A DNA stretch of 55,312 nucleotides, filler included, from Stramenopiles sp. TOSAG23-3 (Eukaryota), in NCBI GenBank assembly GCA_900128585.1. It is 4 parts of 4 records of this genome, joined end to end, with 100 filler letters (N's around TTAATTAATTAA, not from the genome) between each part and the next. Parts side by side here need not be neighbours in the genome. Positions count along the whole stretch, not along the records: positions 25,578 to 51,017 come from LT642289.1; positions 51,118 to 53,165 come from LT645127.1; 2 more parts are not named here. One strand, written 5' to 3'. Below, piece by piece: positions 42,901-53,265 of this stretch (positions within the stretch are counted from its first letter, which is position 1; each line of letters opens with the position of its first letter). The translations under genes and the position numbers were made by a program. The notes below the pieces were generated by a model. It worked only from the letters and a program-made list of their open reading frames with translations. It ran no database searches and had not been told where the DNA came from.

Positions 42901-43627
42901 AGCGCACGGAAGCACGGCCACGGAGGGGCGACGAACGGTATTGCCGTGCTTTGGACTGCTGCTTGAAGTGGAGGAACGCATTGTGCCGAGGAGAGCCGCA
43001 GGCAAGCTGTTCCAGACAGCGTTGACGGAATTTTACGATGAGTTCACAGGTGGCAAGCACGAGATCAAGGGATGCTTTCACAGCATTGCCCTCTCTTTGG
43101 TGAATTTGAACGAGAAGGCTCGCAACGTTCGCGTTAAAGTTGCCCGAGCCTCTGTTGAGCTGTTGAGGGCGTTCCCCCCCCAGTTTTTTTTTACTGATTT
43201 TCAGGCTTTGTCAGACTACGTGTCCACATGGTTGGAGCCGTACCAGTTCTGGCCCCCGGGTGTCACCAGCGCGCTGGCGCGTACCGTGCAGCCCATGCAT
43301 GGCGTCGACAAGCTACCGATATCTATCGCCTCAGCTTTTCTTCGACATTGGCCGCAGATTTCCTTTCTTCAGAACGGGGCGCGGCATTTTAAAACGATCA
43401 AGATGGTGCATGATTGGATCGTTGCCATTTCCTGCGACCATTCCGGTGCGTGCCCGTACCCGATAACGCCTGGTCTCGAAAATGCCCTGGAAGCTCACAG
43501 CGATGCAATTCAGAAGTGTCGGGTAGAACTGCTGTCGTTGGGACATGGGGCATTGAGCGAAAGAATGCGCGTTTCTTTGCTGGAGAAAGATGGGAAGCAG
43601 TCAGGGGGAGAAAGCTTGATTAATTAG
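39988..43627 (+). CDS. FANCA: Fanconi anaemia group A (FANCA)-like protein, interrupted by a frame change near 42200-42225
   Basis: Segment SKRTVSSFIKALESLVPLDS...LVADYVGLVNARIDDL...DIVAYVDAFHTSGQVPKSLAQTAVFRRQYFVKRVIPVLL...ILPASVYSSF matches the vertebrate FANCA N-terminal conserved block as recalled ([20 protein letters not shown]...DYISLAKTRLADL...FEHTGNIP...SIFRRPYYVSHFLPALL...KIPPSLYSTY). ORFs 39988-42441 and 42194-43627 overlap in different frames. Confidence 0.75.
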
Positions 43628-43673
43628 AGGAGGCAGTACATGGTAAGAAAATAAATAATGAACCTCAGAATAA

Positions 43674-43948
43674 TACATTAAAAACAAGAAAATTGGCTGT
43701 TGTATAATACATTTTACTCTCTCTCTAATGTTAAAAAAAATATATTTACTAAAAGTATATATGTAGTAATATGATATGCTTGAAGACTCTCACTTTATAT
43801 CAGTCATCTTGGTTCTTCGAAATCTAAGATTGTTTTCCAAGTAATAAAAAATATTTTAAAATATATTTTTTAATGTTTAGTAGAGTTCAGTTTGCAGTAC
43901 ATTAAGTTAATTACTTAAACAACAGCCAATTTTCTTGTTTTTAATGTA
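43674..43948. mobile_element. MITE-like element with perfect 30-bp terminal inverted repeats (repeat family B)
   Basis: TACATTAAAAACAAGAAAATTGGCTGTTGT at 43674-43703 and its exact reverse complement at 43919-43948; outermost TA on both sides could be a target-site duplication; AT-rich non-coding interior. Confidence 0.6.
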
Positions 43949-44015
43949 ATTACTTAAATAACAGCCAATTTTCTTGTTTTAATGTTTTACGCTTATAAAG
44001 TTTTCATTTTCCCCC

Positions 44016-45815
44016 TCAGACTCCCATTTTACTGAAAGAGTGGCGCAGCGCAGCGTAAGATTTTGTGTCCAAATCGTTGACGGCCGGCAGCACTCGGTCT
44101 TTGTCAACGCCGAGCACGCCCCCGACAATCTTCAGGGCAACGCTGGACAGGGATTTGCCTTTCTCCTTCACGACCTCAATTTGGTCCTCCAGCGAATAAC
44201 TTTTACCAGTTTCGTCGGTAGCAAGGTCTCCAAACATTAACGAGATAAAATCTTTCGCAGCGGCATGGCTGTCAACGTCCTTGGCCATTTCGTCGTTCCC
44301 CAGTGCGGTCTTTTCTGCCAGATCGCTCGCCTGCTTCAGCGCGCCCATTCGCTCGTTGAAGTCAAAGTACCACATCGTAAACGAAAACCGCTCGCCGTAA
44401 CAAGGTCGTACCTCGTGCTCAATTTGGTCGGAAAAGAACAGCGCAAGCCTCCCCCCCTCGGGCGCAATGTCGACGGGGTCCTTGGTCGAAGGGTGAATAC
44501 GAAGGTGCCCCCCGTCGCTCTCTTTCCACTTTTCAGGGTTCAGATAGCAGAGCACCGTCAGTTTTCTCCCATCTCTTGTCGTGTTGTCCACGTGCCTCTG
44601 GAACCGTCCGCCCTCATTGTAGTTTGCCAGCATGCAGTCGCTCCGTTCTGAAATCCCATTGAGGTAGGGCACTTTTCGGCTCAACTTTTCAAACACAAGC
44701 TTGTCGATGGCCTTCATGGTGGACTTCAGCGCCAAGAATTTGGATAGGGGGAGCTCGCCCTTCATTGCCAAGGCCTGCAGCGCGGGCTTGCAGGGCGCCA
44801 CGTCCCCCCTTGTCTGCGGCTGGACCCCTGCTGAATCAAACTGTTGGGTGTTTTGGTTTTTATGACCGCCGCACATCCATAAAACTTTGTCGCCACGCAC
44901 GGAAGGAACCGTGACGTGCGCCCCGACTTCGTTCGATTTTCCCACCCAGATCTCGCTCTTCTCAAAGTAGGGTTCCAGTGAAATCGCCTCTTGGCGAATT
45001 TCAGTGCACGTGTCCGCGCTGAGAAAATTGTCGCAGATCGCGTACCCATTGTCCACGAGCTGCTTGGCGAGCTTCTCGACGTTTTTGTTCCCTCCCACTT
45101 TCTTCTTCTTTTTCCCCCTCCTCTTTCCACCGCCCGGCGCCGTTCTGCCCAGCAGCATGTCGTTCAAGCCCTTCAAGTTCACAATGAGGTCTATGGCCTC
45201 GGCTACGATTGCGTTTGACTTTTCTCCAGACGCGTCGTTCTCCTGACCATGGAAGGTGAAGGACGGGGCGTGGAGCTGGCGCGATTCCCCCACTGCCCTT
45301 TCCTGCTGCGATCTATACTCCTTTATCGAATTCTGAATGACTACGATGAATTTTCGTTTCGTCGTGTAGTTCTTTTTTGTGGCGACATCCAGGTTTATCT
45401 CCAGCAGCTTTTCGAAAATCTTAAAGTCGACGTCGCCCGTCTTTAGCAAGACCCTGAGCTTTGTCGACAGCTCTGTCGCGTCTTTGCACTTGAACAGCAC
45501 TGCCAATTGGTTCTTCGCTTTGTCCAGTCGCACTTCGTCTTTCGTGGGCGGGGCCGTAGCCTTTTCCTTGGACGGCTTCGCCTTCGACTCTATCAGCTGG
45601 TAGATGGTCATGAGCTGCGAGCACGTTTTCATGTCTTTGCGTTGGACACAAATATCAATATGCAACTGCAAGGTCTTGATGAACTCAATGTCGATTTTCC
45701 CCTTTTCAAAGAATGCGGTCACCATCCTCTCTAAAACGGTCGCGTCAGGACACTGCAAAAGAATCTTCAGTTTGTCGTGCGCATCGCCCCGTTTTGGATT
45801 GACAAGAGACGCCAT
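44016..45815 (-). CDS. 2-oxoglutarate/Fe(II) dioxygenase, EGLN/PHD prolyl-4-hydroxylase-like, with long N-terminal extension
   Basis: VRGDKVLW; CMLANY...RHVDNTTRDGRKLTVLCYLN (HxD); GGHLRI; GRLALFFSDQIEHEVRP...RFSFTMWYFD (distal His and 2OG-binding Arg). Confidence 0.88.
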   Translation of the reverse strand: MASLVNPKRGDAHDKLKILLQCPDATVLERMVTAFFEKGKIDIEFIKTLQLHIDICVQRKDMKTCSQLMTIYQLIESKAKPSKEKATAPPTKDEVRLDKAKNQLAVLFKCKDATELSTKLRVLLKTGDVDFKIFEKLLEINLDVATKKNYTTKRKFIVVIQNSIKEYRSQQERAVGESRQLHAPSFTFHGQENDASGEKSNAIVAEAIDLIVNLKGLNDMLLGRTAPGGGKRRGKKKKKVGGNKNVEKLAKQLVDNGYAICDNFLSADTCTEIRQEAISLEPYFEKSEIWVGKSNEVGAHVTVPSVRGDKVLWMCGGHKNQNTQQFDSAGVQPQTRGDVAPCKPALQALAMKGELPLSKFLALKSTMKAIDKLVFEKLSRKVPYLNGISERSDCMLANYNEGGRFQRHVDNTTRDGRKLTVLCYLNPEKWKESDGGHLRIHPSTKDPVDIAPEGGRLALFFSDQIEHEVRPCYGERFSFTMWYFDFNERMGALKQASDLAEKTALGNDEMAKDVDSHAAAKDFISLMFGDLATDETGKSYSLEDQIEVVKEKGKSLSSVALKIVGGVLGVDKDRVLPAVNDLDTKSYAALRHSFSKMGV

Positions 45816-46686
45816 GGGAGCAGTCGAAGCAAGCTCCAATAAAAACGAACGAGAGGATTCGACGGGCTAGGCAAACGAATCGTGGGCGCAGCGTTATCCT
45901 TTTGTGTCTATAAGAAGCGCGCAGTTAACAGTATATTATCGTTGGTTGAACATCTAATCAAAGATGGAAAAGAAGAACGGACAAAATATGACACAATATA
46001 TACGAGTATATGGGGTGTGGGAAGTGGGAAGGAAGGAATGTCAATGAATTGTTTGAATGAAAAATATAACACCACATATAAGATACCGTACGAGGATGTC
46101 AAAGTATGAAGTATTACCAAGGTAGCACAGCACGTATTATATATATTTATTACATACGAGTAGACGACTAACAAATTCATCTAAAAAAAAAAAAGATTCT
46201 TCTCTTTTGTCATGTTATTACATTATATTATTAGACTAATATGAATAGAATCAAATAACGAATAATGGCTTTGTATTTTAGTAGTGAAATATTCTTCCGA
46301 TTTTCTATTTTTTCTATGCTATGAGATGATGTATCATTTTTTCGCCAATGGTGCTGTGGTGATGATCCATTTTTTTCTTTCTTCTTCTTCTTCTTCTTCT
46401 TTTTCTTTCTTCTTTCTTTCTTCTACTTTTTCTTTTTTTTTTTTTTTCGTCGCGCAAAAAAAAAATTATAAAGTAATTGTTTTTGCGCCGCGGGGGGGAG
46501 ACAATAATTTAAAAAACACAATTGAATGAACAGTATTAGAAAATGTATATTATAATAAAATGCACGACTAGAATAGGATTTTTAAAAATTTTGGGCAACA
46601 AAGCATCATTGAGTTTGTGATTTCGTTTCTACTGCGATCTGATTCTGGTATTAATACAATTCGCGCGCGCGTGTGTGTTCAAGACG

Positions 46687-46953
46687 ATGAAGCTTACGCT
46701 GAGTTTGCAGCCAGGGAACAAGTTGCAACTTCCAATGGAAATTGATGACGACAAGGCGGCTTTGATGACCGTTGCAGATTTTAAGGGAAAAATAATGGAA
46801 TTTAATAGCTCAAAACCAGCCGAACAGCTACATGTTGTGTATGGCAGTACCATTTTGGACGATGGCTGTCTTTTTGCAAAGTATGGTATCAAGGATGGTG
46901 ACACAATCAAGTTTTTGTTTGCAGCGGTTCAGTCTGGGAGTGGGAAAGTTTAA
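46687..46953 (+). CDS. Stand-alone ubiquitin-like domain protein
   Basis: TVADFKGKI...PAEQLHVVYGSTILDDG...YGIKDGDTIKF is the ubiquitin-fold pattern; no terminal GG. Confidence 0.7.
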   Translation: MKLTLSLQPGNKLQLPMEIDDDKAALMTVADFKGKIMEFNSSKPAEQLHVVYGSTILDDGCLFAKYGIKDGDTIKFLFAAVQSGSGKV

Positions 46954-47181
46954 GCGAATTGTGCATGTTTGCAGGAGTTTGTTTGGTTTCGACTATTCAC
47001 AGTGCAAACTCACCTTGCCGAAACCCTTGGGATGTCCCAGATTGTATGAACAGAGACAATACCATGGCGATCTAGTCTAGAATCATACACAGATATAACA
47101 ATATGAATATTTCCCATGTGTTAAAAAATATCTAATTAACTTTTAAAATGTTTACGGTCATTTTTTGTTTTTTCATTTTTG

Positions 47182-50100
47182 TTACGCTTGCCACTGACGT
47201 CCTCGTGCGTCACGTACTCGCACAGATCCGACCGAAATCCTCTGTTTGCTTTTGCCAAAAAGCAGCAAGGAATACATGAGGTTGCCGTGATGCACACTTC
47301 CCCTACCATCTGTCCCCTGTTCACCATATGGTAAAATACCCATGAACGGCTGGCCTTGCAAACTTGTGGAAAGGTTTTTGGCCACATCATCGATTTGATC
47401 GCGGATCTGCAAACTGCAGCCGGCACAATAGAAAGCCAGCGCGCCCTGAAGTTTCTCACAAAATTCCCCCACCGCCGGCGCCTCAGTTGCGGCCTCGACT
47501 AGCTCTACCAGGTCCGTGGATGATGTAGTCATGAGTGTCAATTCCTGCCCCGTTGCAACGTCGGCAAATAGCCGGATCCCATTGCTGCTGGTGATCGATT
47601 CTGGATGCATCAGTTGAAAGAAATCATCGTCACATCGGCTCCCCAGCGGCCGCATTGTGGACAGCTGGAAAAGCTTGTTGCCGATAGAAGCAGCTTCTCC
47701 TTGCATCAGTGTACATAACTCGTCTACATGGCTCTGGTCGGCCTTATTTGCATTAGCTGCCGCATCCTCTGAAGTAAGCAGCCACTCTCGATAGACATCA
47801 CTTGCAGGCTTGCCATCAATCTCGAGTATCTCCCGATGGGCCTTTTTTGTTACAATGCCGCGGCAAGCGGTCGGCTCGTAGCAGGAGGAGAAGATCGTTG
47901 CAGTGTGCACACTGGTCCACAGCATGACAACCGACACACCATCATTGCTCACGTCGACACGCTCTCTGTGGGCGGAAGCTACCCACCACCCGTGTGTTGC
48001 CAGATCACCAGCAGCGGAACCGCCAATGACTGGCACGTTGTTAACAACAGTCGCAATACCGGCCAAAATCTCCTCTTCGAAGCCGAAAGTTCCATTTACG
48101 ATGATGACATCTGGATTGTCAGCGCGCTTGGCGTCACTCATGGCCATGTTAGCCGCTTCGCACCCAGCCTCGCGTGCACTCCTTTGTGTGCTCGCGCCCT
48201 CCGCAAAACCAAGACCGATGGTTCCTTGGGGGTCCGCGATGCCAAGCAGTGCCAGCCTGGATACACCACGGTTGGTGAGAGCCCCGACTTGGGGCACTGA
48301 CGAGACGCACGCAATCCGTGCGTCCGGAGCCATTAATTGCAGGCTTCCGACAACCGCTTTTGCATCTAGCGTAGAGTCTGCGGTCACCAGAATTAGCTGT
48401 GGCATTCGCCCACTTCGCGAAACAAACTCCCCATATGCGTCCTGGGCGCACTTTGCTGAGTCGTCCTCGAAGCCTTTGGATGTACCAGTGCAGACACAGA
48501 AGTCGTCCATTTTGTCCCGCAGCGATCGCAGTGGGGCGGAATTTCGTGGCGATGAACTTGACAAAGTCCTTGACAGTCCTTTTACAGTTCGTACGAAATG
48601 AAAGTTGGTTCTAGCAGATTGCCGCGATGGGCGTGCTGCTGTTTGCAACAGACGCTGCATAATCCGGCCGATAGCCCTGGCTCCAGAGTCACGAACCACA
48701 GCATAGTGATCGCCTTCGTACAGGTAAATGGGCAAATTCGACAACGGAATACCAGCCATCCCCCAGCCAAAATCACGGCGGCTGTGCCCCGGGTACGCCT
48801 GAAGATGGGGATTTGTGTCTGTACCGCGGAGGAGATGCACCACCACGCGCTCCGGGTTGCTGCTGTCCAGCTGGGGACGGTACGCTGCGAGTGCCCGAAG
48901 GTTGCGCTGGTAGACATCGAACGATTCTGAAAACTCTACAAGTGACTGTTCCTTGGGCAACACTGAGAGTCGCTGCAGCGCAATGAGCATGTCCTGCCGA
49001 GGCGCGGACGACAAACTCAGCGAACTCGCCAATGGCAGCCTCGACGAGCGTTCATCATGCGCTACAATGTCTTTTGCAAACTGCACGAGTGACGCCGCTT
49101 CGTCTTCCAGCACGGTTGTGCCCTCAACGGGTGCTGGGCTGTCTACGAGTATTACGCTGGCAAGAGACTTGCCCTGCCGACGCAATTGGAGCAGCATCTC
49201 TACAGCCAAAACGCCTCCCATAGACCAGCCTCCGAGGGAGAATTTGTCCTTCCGCCCCTCCGGCAAAGTGTCAAGGTGCTCTAGCACAGCGCCAACAAGG
49301 TCGGCAGCAATGCTCTCGAGTGACGCCTGCTCAACATCTCGGCAAACATGGGTGTGCGAGAGAGCGATAATGGGTTGCTCCGCACCCAAGATATCGGCTA
49401 GCTTCTTGTAGCAGAGCGATTCTCCTGTCACGGGCGCGACGAAAAATAGGGGAGGCAAGCAGCCAGTCTCATTGTACAACACAGCTACTGTGTTGAACGA
49501 TGACGTGGATTCACTGACGGAATCGTCCCTTTGGAGCCAGGTAGCGAGGGCAGCGATGCTGTCGTGCTTTTGCAGCACCTCCAAGGGCACGCGCTGGCCG
49601 AACGCGTCCTTGACCTTGTACCGCATCTGCAGCAGCTTGATCGACGATCCCCCCAAAATTTTACTAAATGCCTCCATCACGCCAAAGCCCCCCTTTCCCA
49701 GCACAGCCTCCCATATCTCCCGGAGGCGAGTTTCTGTATCGTTGCGTGGCTCAACGTGCTGCAGCCCGGTGGTGGACTGCAGCTGCTGTTCCTCTAGGTG
49801 CGCTCCGAGTTTTTTGAGTGCCTGTCGGTCGACCTTTCCAGACACACTGACGGGGAATTCCGGCAGCAGCACTATGTACTGTGGGACCATGTAGTATGCC
49901 ACTCGGCTCTTGAGGCCCTCTTGCACAGCGTCAAGCACTAATGCCTTCTTCGCCTCGACCGTCGGCGCGTCCGTGTCCACACAAACAACAAATGCGACGA
50001 GCTGCTGCGCTCCCTTCTTTCCTACAGGCATACACAACGAGCTTTTGACCACACTGTCAACAGCATTGATTGCAGCCTCTACCTCACCGATTTCCACGCG

Positions 50101-51017
50101 GAAACCGTTTATTTTAATTTGAAAGTCTGTGCGGCCGAGGATCTCGATGTTTCCGTCCGAATAAAGGCGACCGAGGTCGCCAGTTCGGTAAATAAGTTCT
50201 CCACCCAACGCTTCGCATTGGACGAAGGCCTTCTTCGTCTTTTCCACATCGCCCCAGTATCCGCAGGCCAGCCCGTCTCCCCCGATACAGATCTCCCCCG
50301 ATACAAGATCCGGCACAGGTTCCAGCGTCTCGGTGTCTAGAACGAACATTTTTTGATTGCCCAAGGCACTGCCATATGGAATACTTGTCCACTCTGAACA
50401 GATATCGCCAATTGGATACCAGCATGACCAGATTGAGGCTTCGGTGGCACCACCTAACGAGATTATAGAAAGGCCTTCGGTTGACAGAAGCTCTTTGAGG
50501 GTACTTGCCATTGTTAGAGGAATGAAATCCCCCGATAATAGTACAAGCCGCAGGGGAAGGCATCTGAAGCGCTCGCGGACCTCATTCGACGAGCCAACAA
50601 AGTCAAGCATCATCGTCATCACAGGGGGAGCCGTGTTCCAAATTGTTACCTGATGCTTCTCGAGCAAGTCGAGCCAGTGCGCGGGGTCCCCCTTTAGCCT
50701 ATGGTCGGGCATGACTAGTGTACCACCGGTTGCCATGACACCAAAGATGTCATACACTGATAGATCGAAACTCAACGCAGCAAGAGAGAGGACTTTGTCT
50801 TTGGCCGTGACTCCAAAGCGTTCATTCATATCAATGCATGTATTGGAACCGCCAGAGTGTGGGATCTTGACGCCTTTTGGCTTGCCCGTGCTACCGGAGG
50901 TAAAAATAATGTAAGCGAGGTCGCTCAACTGCACCTGACCTGCCTCATCGTCAACGCCTGGCAAGAAGTGTGCTTCTGGTGACTCCTCTGCCACCAAAAT
51001 GATCCGCACTGCGCTCA
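47182..51017 (-). CDS. NRPS termination module A(Cys)-PCP-TE fused to a C-terminal FIST (NosP-type) domain; 5' end truncated at contig end
   Basis: A-domain cores LAYIIFTSGSTGKPKGV, FDLSV, GGATEASIW, GEICIGGDGLACGY, YRTGDLGR, GRTDFQIKINGFRVEIGEVE, SGKVDR; PCP LGGSS; TE GGWSMGG...VDSPAP...GDHY; FIST IGGSAAGD, FYCAGC, PYGEQG, HGNLMYSLLLF. Frame stays open to the gap at 51017. Confidence 0.92.
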
Positions 51018-51117
51018 NNNNNNNNNNNNNNNNNNNNNNNNNNNNNNNNNNNNNNNNNNNNTTAATTAATTAANNNNNNNNNNNNNNNNNNNNNNNNNNN
51101 NNNNNNNNNNNNNNNNN

Positions 51118-53165
51118 AGTGCAAACGCTTACGTCTTTTGCCCTTCCTTTTCTTGGCACCTTTTACCTTTACATCGCAACTGCCTTCCCTGGATCGCACA
51201 AGAAAGGGGAAGAACAGAAAAAGGGAGAAGAACAGAAAAACGATAAAGGTGGCAAGGCTCCCGCCTCTCCCGAGTCTGAAATTGCATCAAAACTGGAAGA
51301 TGTTTCCGTGTCTTCAAAGCAAGGAGAAACAAAGGAAGAAATAGACGAAGAATTCATTTTCGTTAGTCATCCTCAGTTCTCTGAATTGTTCATCATTACG
51401 CTCTTTGTGTCATGCAACGACGATGCATTGCAGACATATGCTGCACGGAACTTGTCCCACCTTGCCATGGGAAGTACAATGAAGTCCATGGCCCGGCACT
51501 TGGGGGTTTTTGACATCCTTTTTAAATTTTGCAAAAATGATCCATACGACCAACGGACGACGTATGCCATGCAGGCCATTATGAACTTATCGACGCTCGC
51601 AGTTAACCAAAAGTACTTGGGAGTCAATGGGTTTCGACAAATTATGGAGTTAGCAAAATTAAATGGGCCTAAATGCAAGACAAGATTGTACGCAAGACAG
51701 ACAATTATGAATTTAGGAAGACACCCATCAAATCGGACAAAAATTTACAAAGAAGAGCTTAGGTTAAAGGCTGAATTTTCTCACGGTAAACTAAAGCCGT
51801 GCCGTGATTTAGCATACTTGCAACGAGTAAACGCTGCCAAAAATGCGGACGAGAATCGAAATGCACGCCGCCCTCTTTCTCCTTCAGCAATGGACCATAC
51901 GTCGCCGCAAAAACGATTTGATGATTGGTACGGGTGCACATTTTCGGACACCAGCAAAAGGGGTGGCGGAAACCAAAGCGATGCGCTAATGCAAACACCA
52001 GACATGAGACAGTTTGGTCCGTCTGCAACATTGATCAGGCCAGACTCCCCGGGGTTCAAAATGGACTGGTCGCTGTCTCGCCGGTCTGATGTTGCCACGG
52101 TGAGCGAGGAGCAGCCACGTTTGGACGTTGACCTACTGCATCAAATGAGAGGACCCATATCGTCCATGTTTCAAAGACGCAGCCCATCTTGGCAAAAAGT
52201 TTCAAGGATAAAGCGGCCTGGAAGCGCTCCCACTCCAAAGCGAAAGAAAATCTTGAGTCCTAATTACGCGGATAGGTGGGCGCCGAAAGTTCATCATGTC
52301 GAAGCATTAAAGCAGACGGAGGACTCTATGATCCCCACGTCTGGGGTAGAGCCAGTAAAAGTTTATTTGAACCCAGCAGTTGGTTCAAACAACGAAGTCA
52401 CTTTCAAAAGCTTTGGAAGTCTCCGGAAAGAGAAACCACCCCGGCTTGTAAAGTGGGAAAATGTGAAAGGCAATCGTATCAGCGAAGCCATAAATTTGAC
52501 CTCTTACACGCTTCCAAATGGAGAGCAAGTGCACTTTTATGAAAACAAGGGCGGCCTATTTGACGAAGATCCTGGAGCTGATCCATGGCCACGACTGCCA
52601 ATGACGTTGCAGGAGCTGGGATACAAAGAGCTCCCGGGTAGCAACAAAATGCTGCAAATGGACCTGAGCAAGCTCCCAAAAATTATTAACTTAGCCCCAA
52701 TAATTCCGGAAGAGTCTTCTACAGATATGATTGATCAAGCTTATAAACAAGCCGAAGAAAACATTGTTTTCTTCCAATTCGAGGAGAGCAAGGGAGAGGA
52801 GAGGAAACTTGAAAAAAAAATTTCCAAGAAACGATCAATTCGCTGGGATCCAATGAAATCGGTTTTTGAGACTCGAATTCATGAAAATGACGGTGGTTCT
52901 CTGAAAGATAGCCAAGAAATTTTAGACGAAGCCTTTGAAGTCGACTGGGAGAAGTGCACGACAAAGTTAAACGTGTGGTCGTTTATTACGGGCGAGCACC
53001 CCCCGGGTGCATTTGAAGTGGGTGACAAAGTGGAAGTCAGGTCCAAAGACTCGGAAAAATGGACCTCAGCACGGGTAATAAAAGTACGATCCAGGGAAGG
53101 CAGTTGCGATGTAAAGGTAAAAGGTGCCAAGAAAAGGAAGGGCAAAAGACGTAAGCGTTTGCACT
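51118..53165. repeat. 79-bp perfect inverted repeat at both contig ends (51118-51196 and 53087-53165)
   Basis: AGTGCAAACGCTTACG...CCCTGGATCG is the exact reverse complement of the last 79 nt of the contig. Confidence 0.95.
51197..53165 (+). CDS. Fragment of a large ARM-repeat-like protein with a Tudor/Agenet-like domain (partial at both ends)
   Basis: Open frame across the whole contig; ARM-like helices AARNLSHLAM, YAMQAIMNLS, ARQTIMNLGRH; FEVGDKVEVR...WTSARVIKV...CDV at the C-terminal end. Confidence 0.65.
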
Positions 53166-53265
53166 NNNNNNNNNNNNNNNNNNNNNNNNNNNNNNNNNNN
53201 NNNNNNNNNTTAATTAATTAANNNNNNNNNNNNNNNNNNNNNNNNNNNNNNNNNNNNNNNNNNNN

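Noticed and set aside
47182-51017. Possibility that the NRPS is bacterial contamination
   Set aside because: No gap or linker separates it from eukaryotic genes on the same contig, and its 3' flank is host-like. Read-level confirmation is still advisable.
51118-53165. 79-bp terminal inverted repeats suggesting a transposon or linear replicon
   Set aside because: The repeat is a piece of the host ORF's own coding sequence, and the next contig has a perfect arm of exactly the same length (79). This points to a k-mer overlap or inverted amplification chimera.
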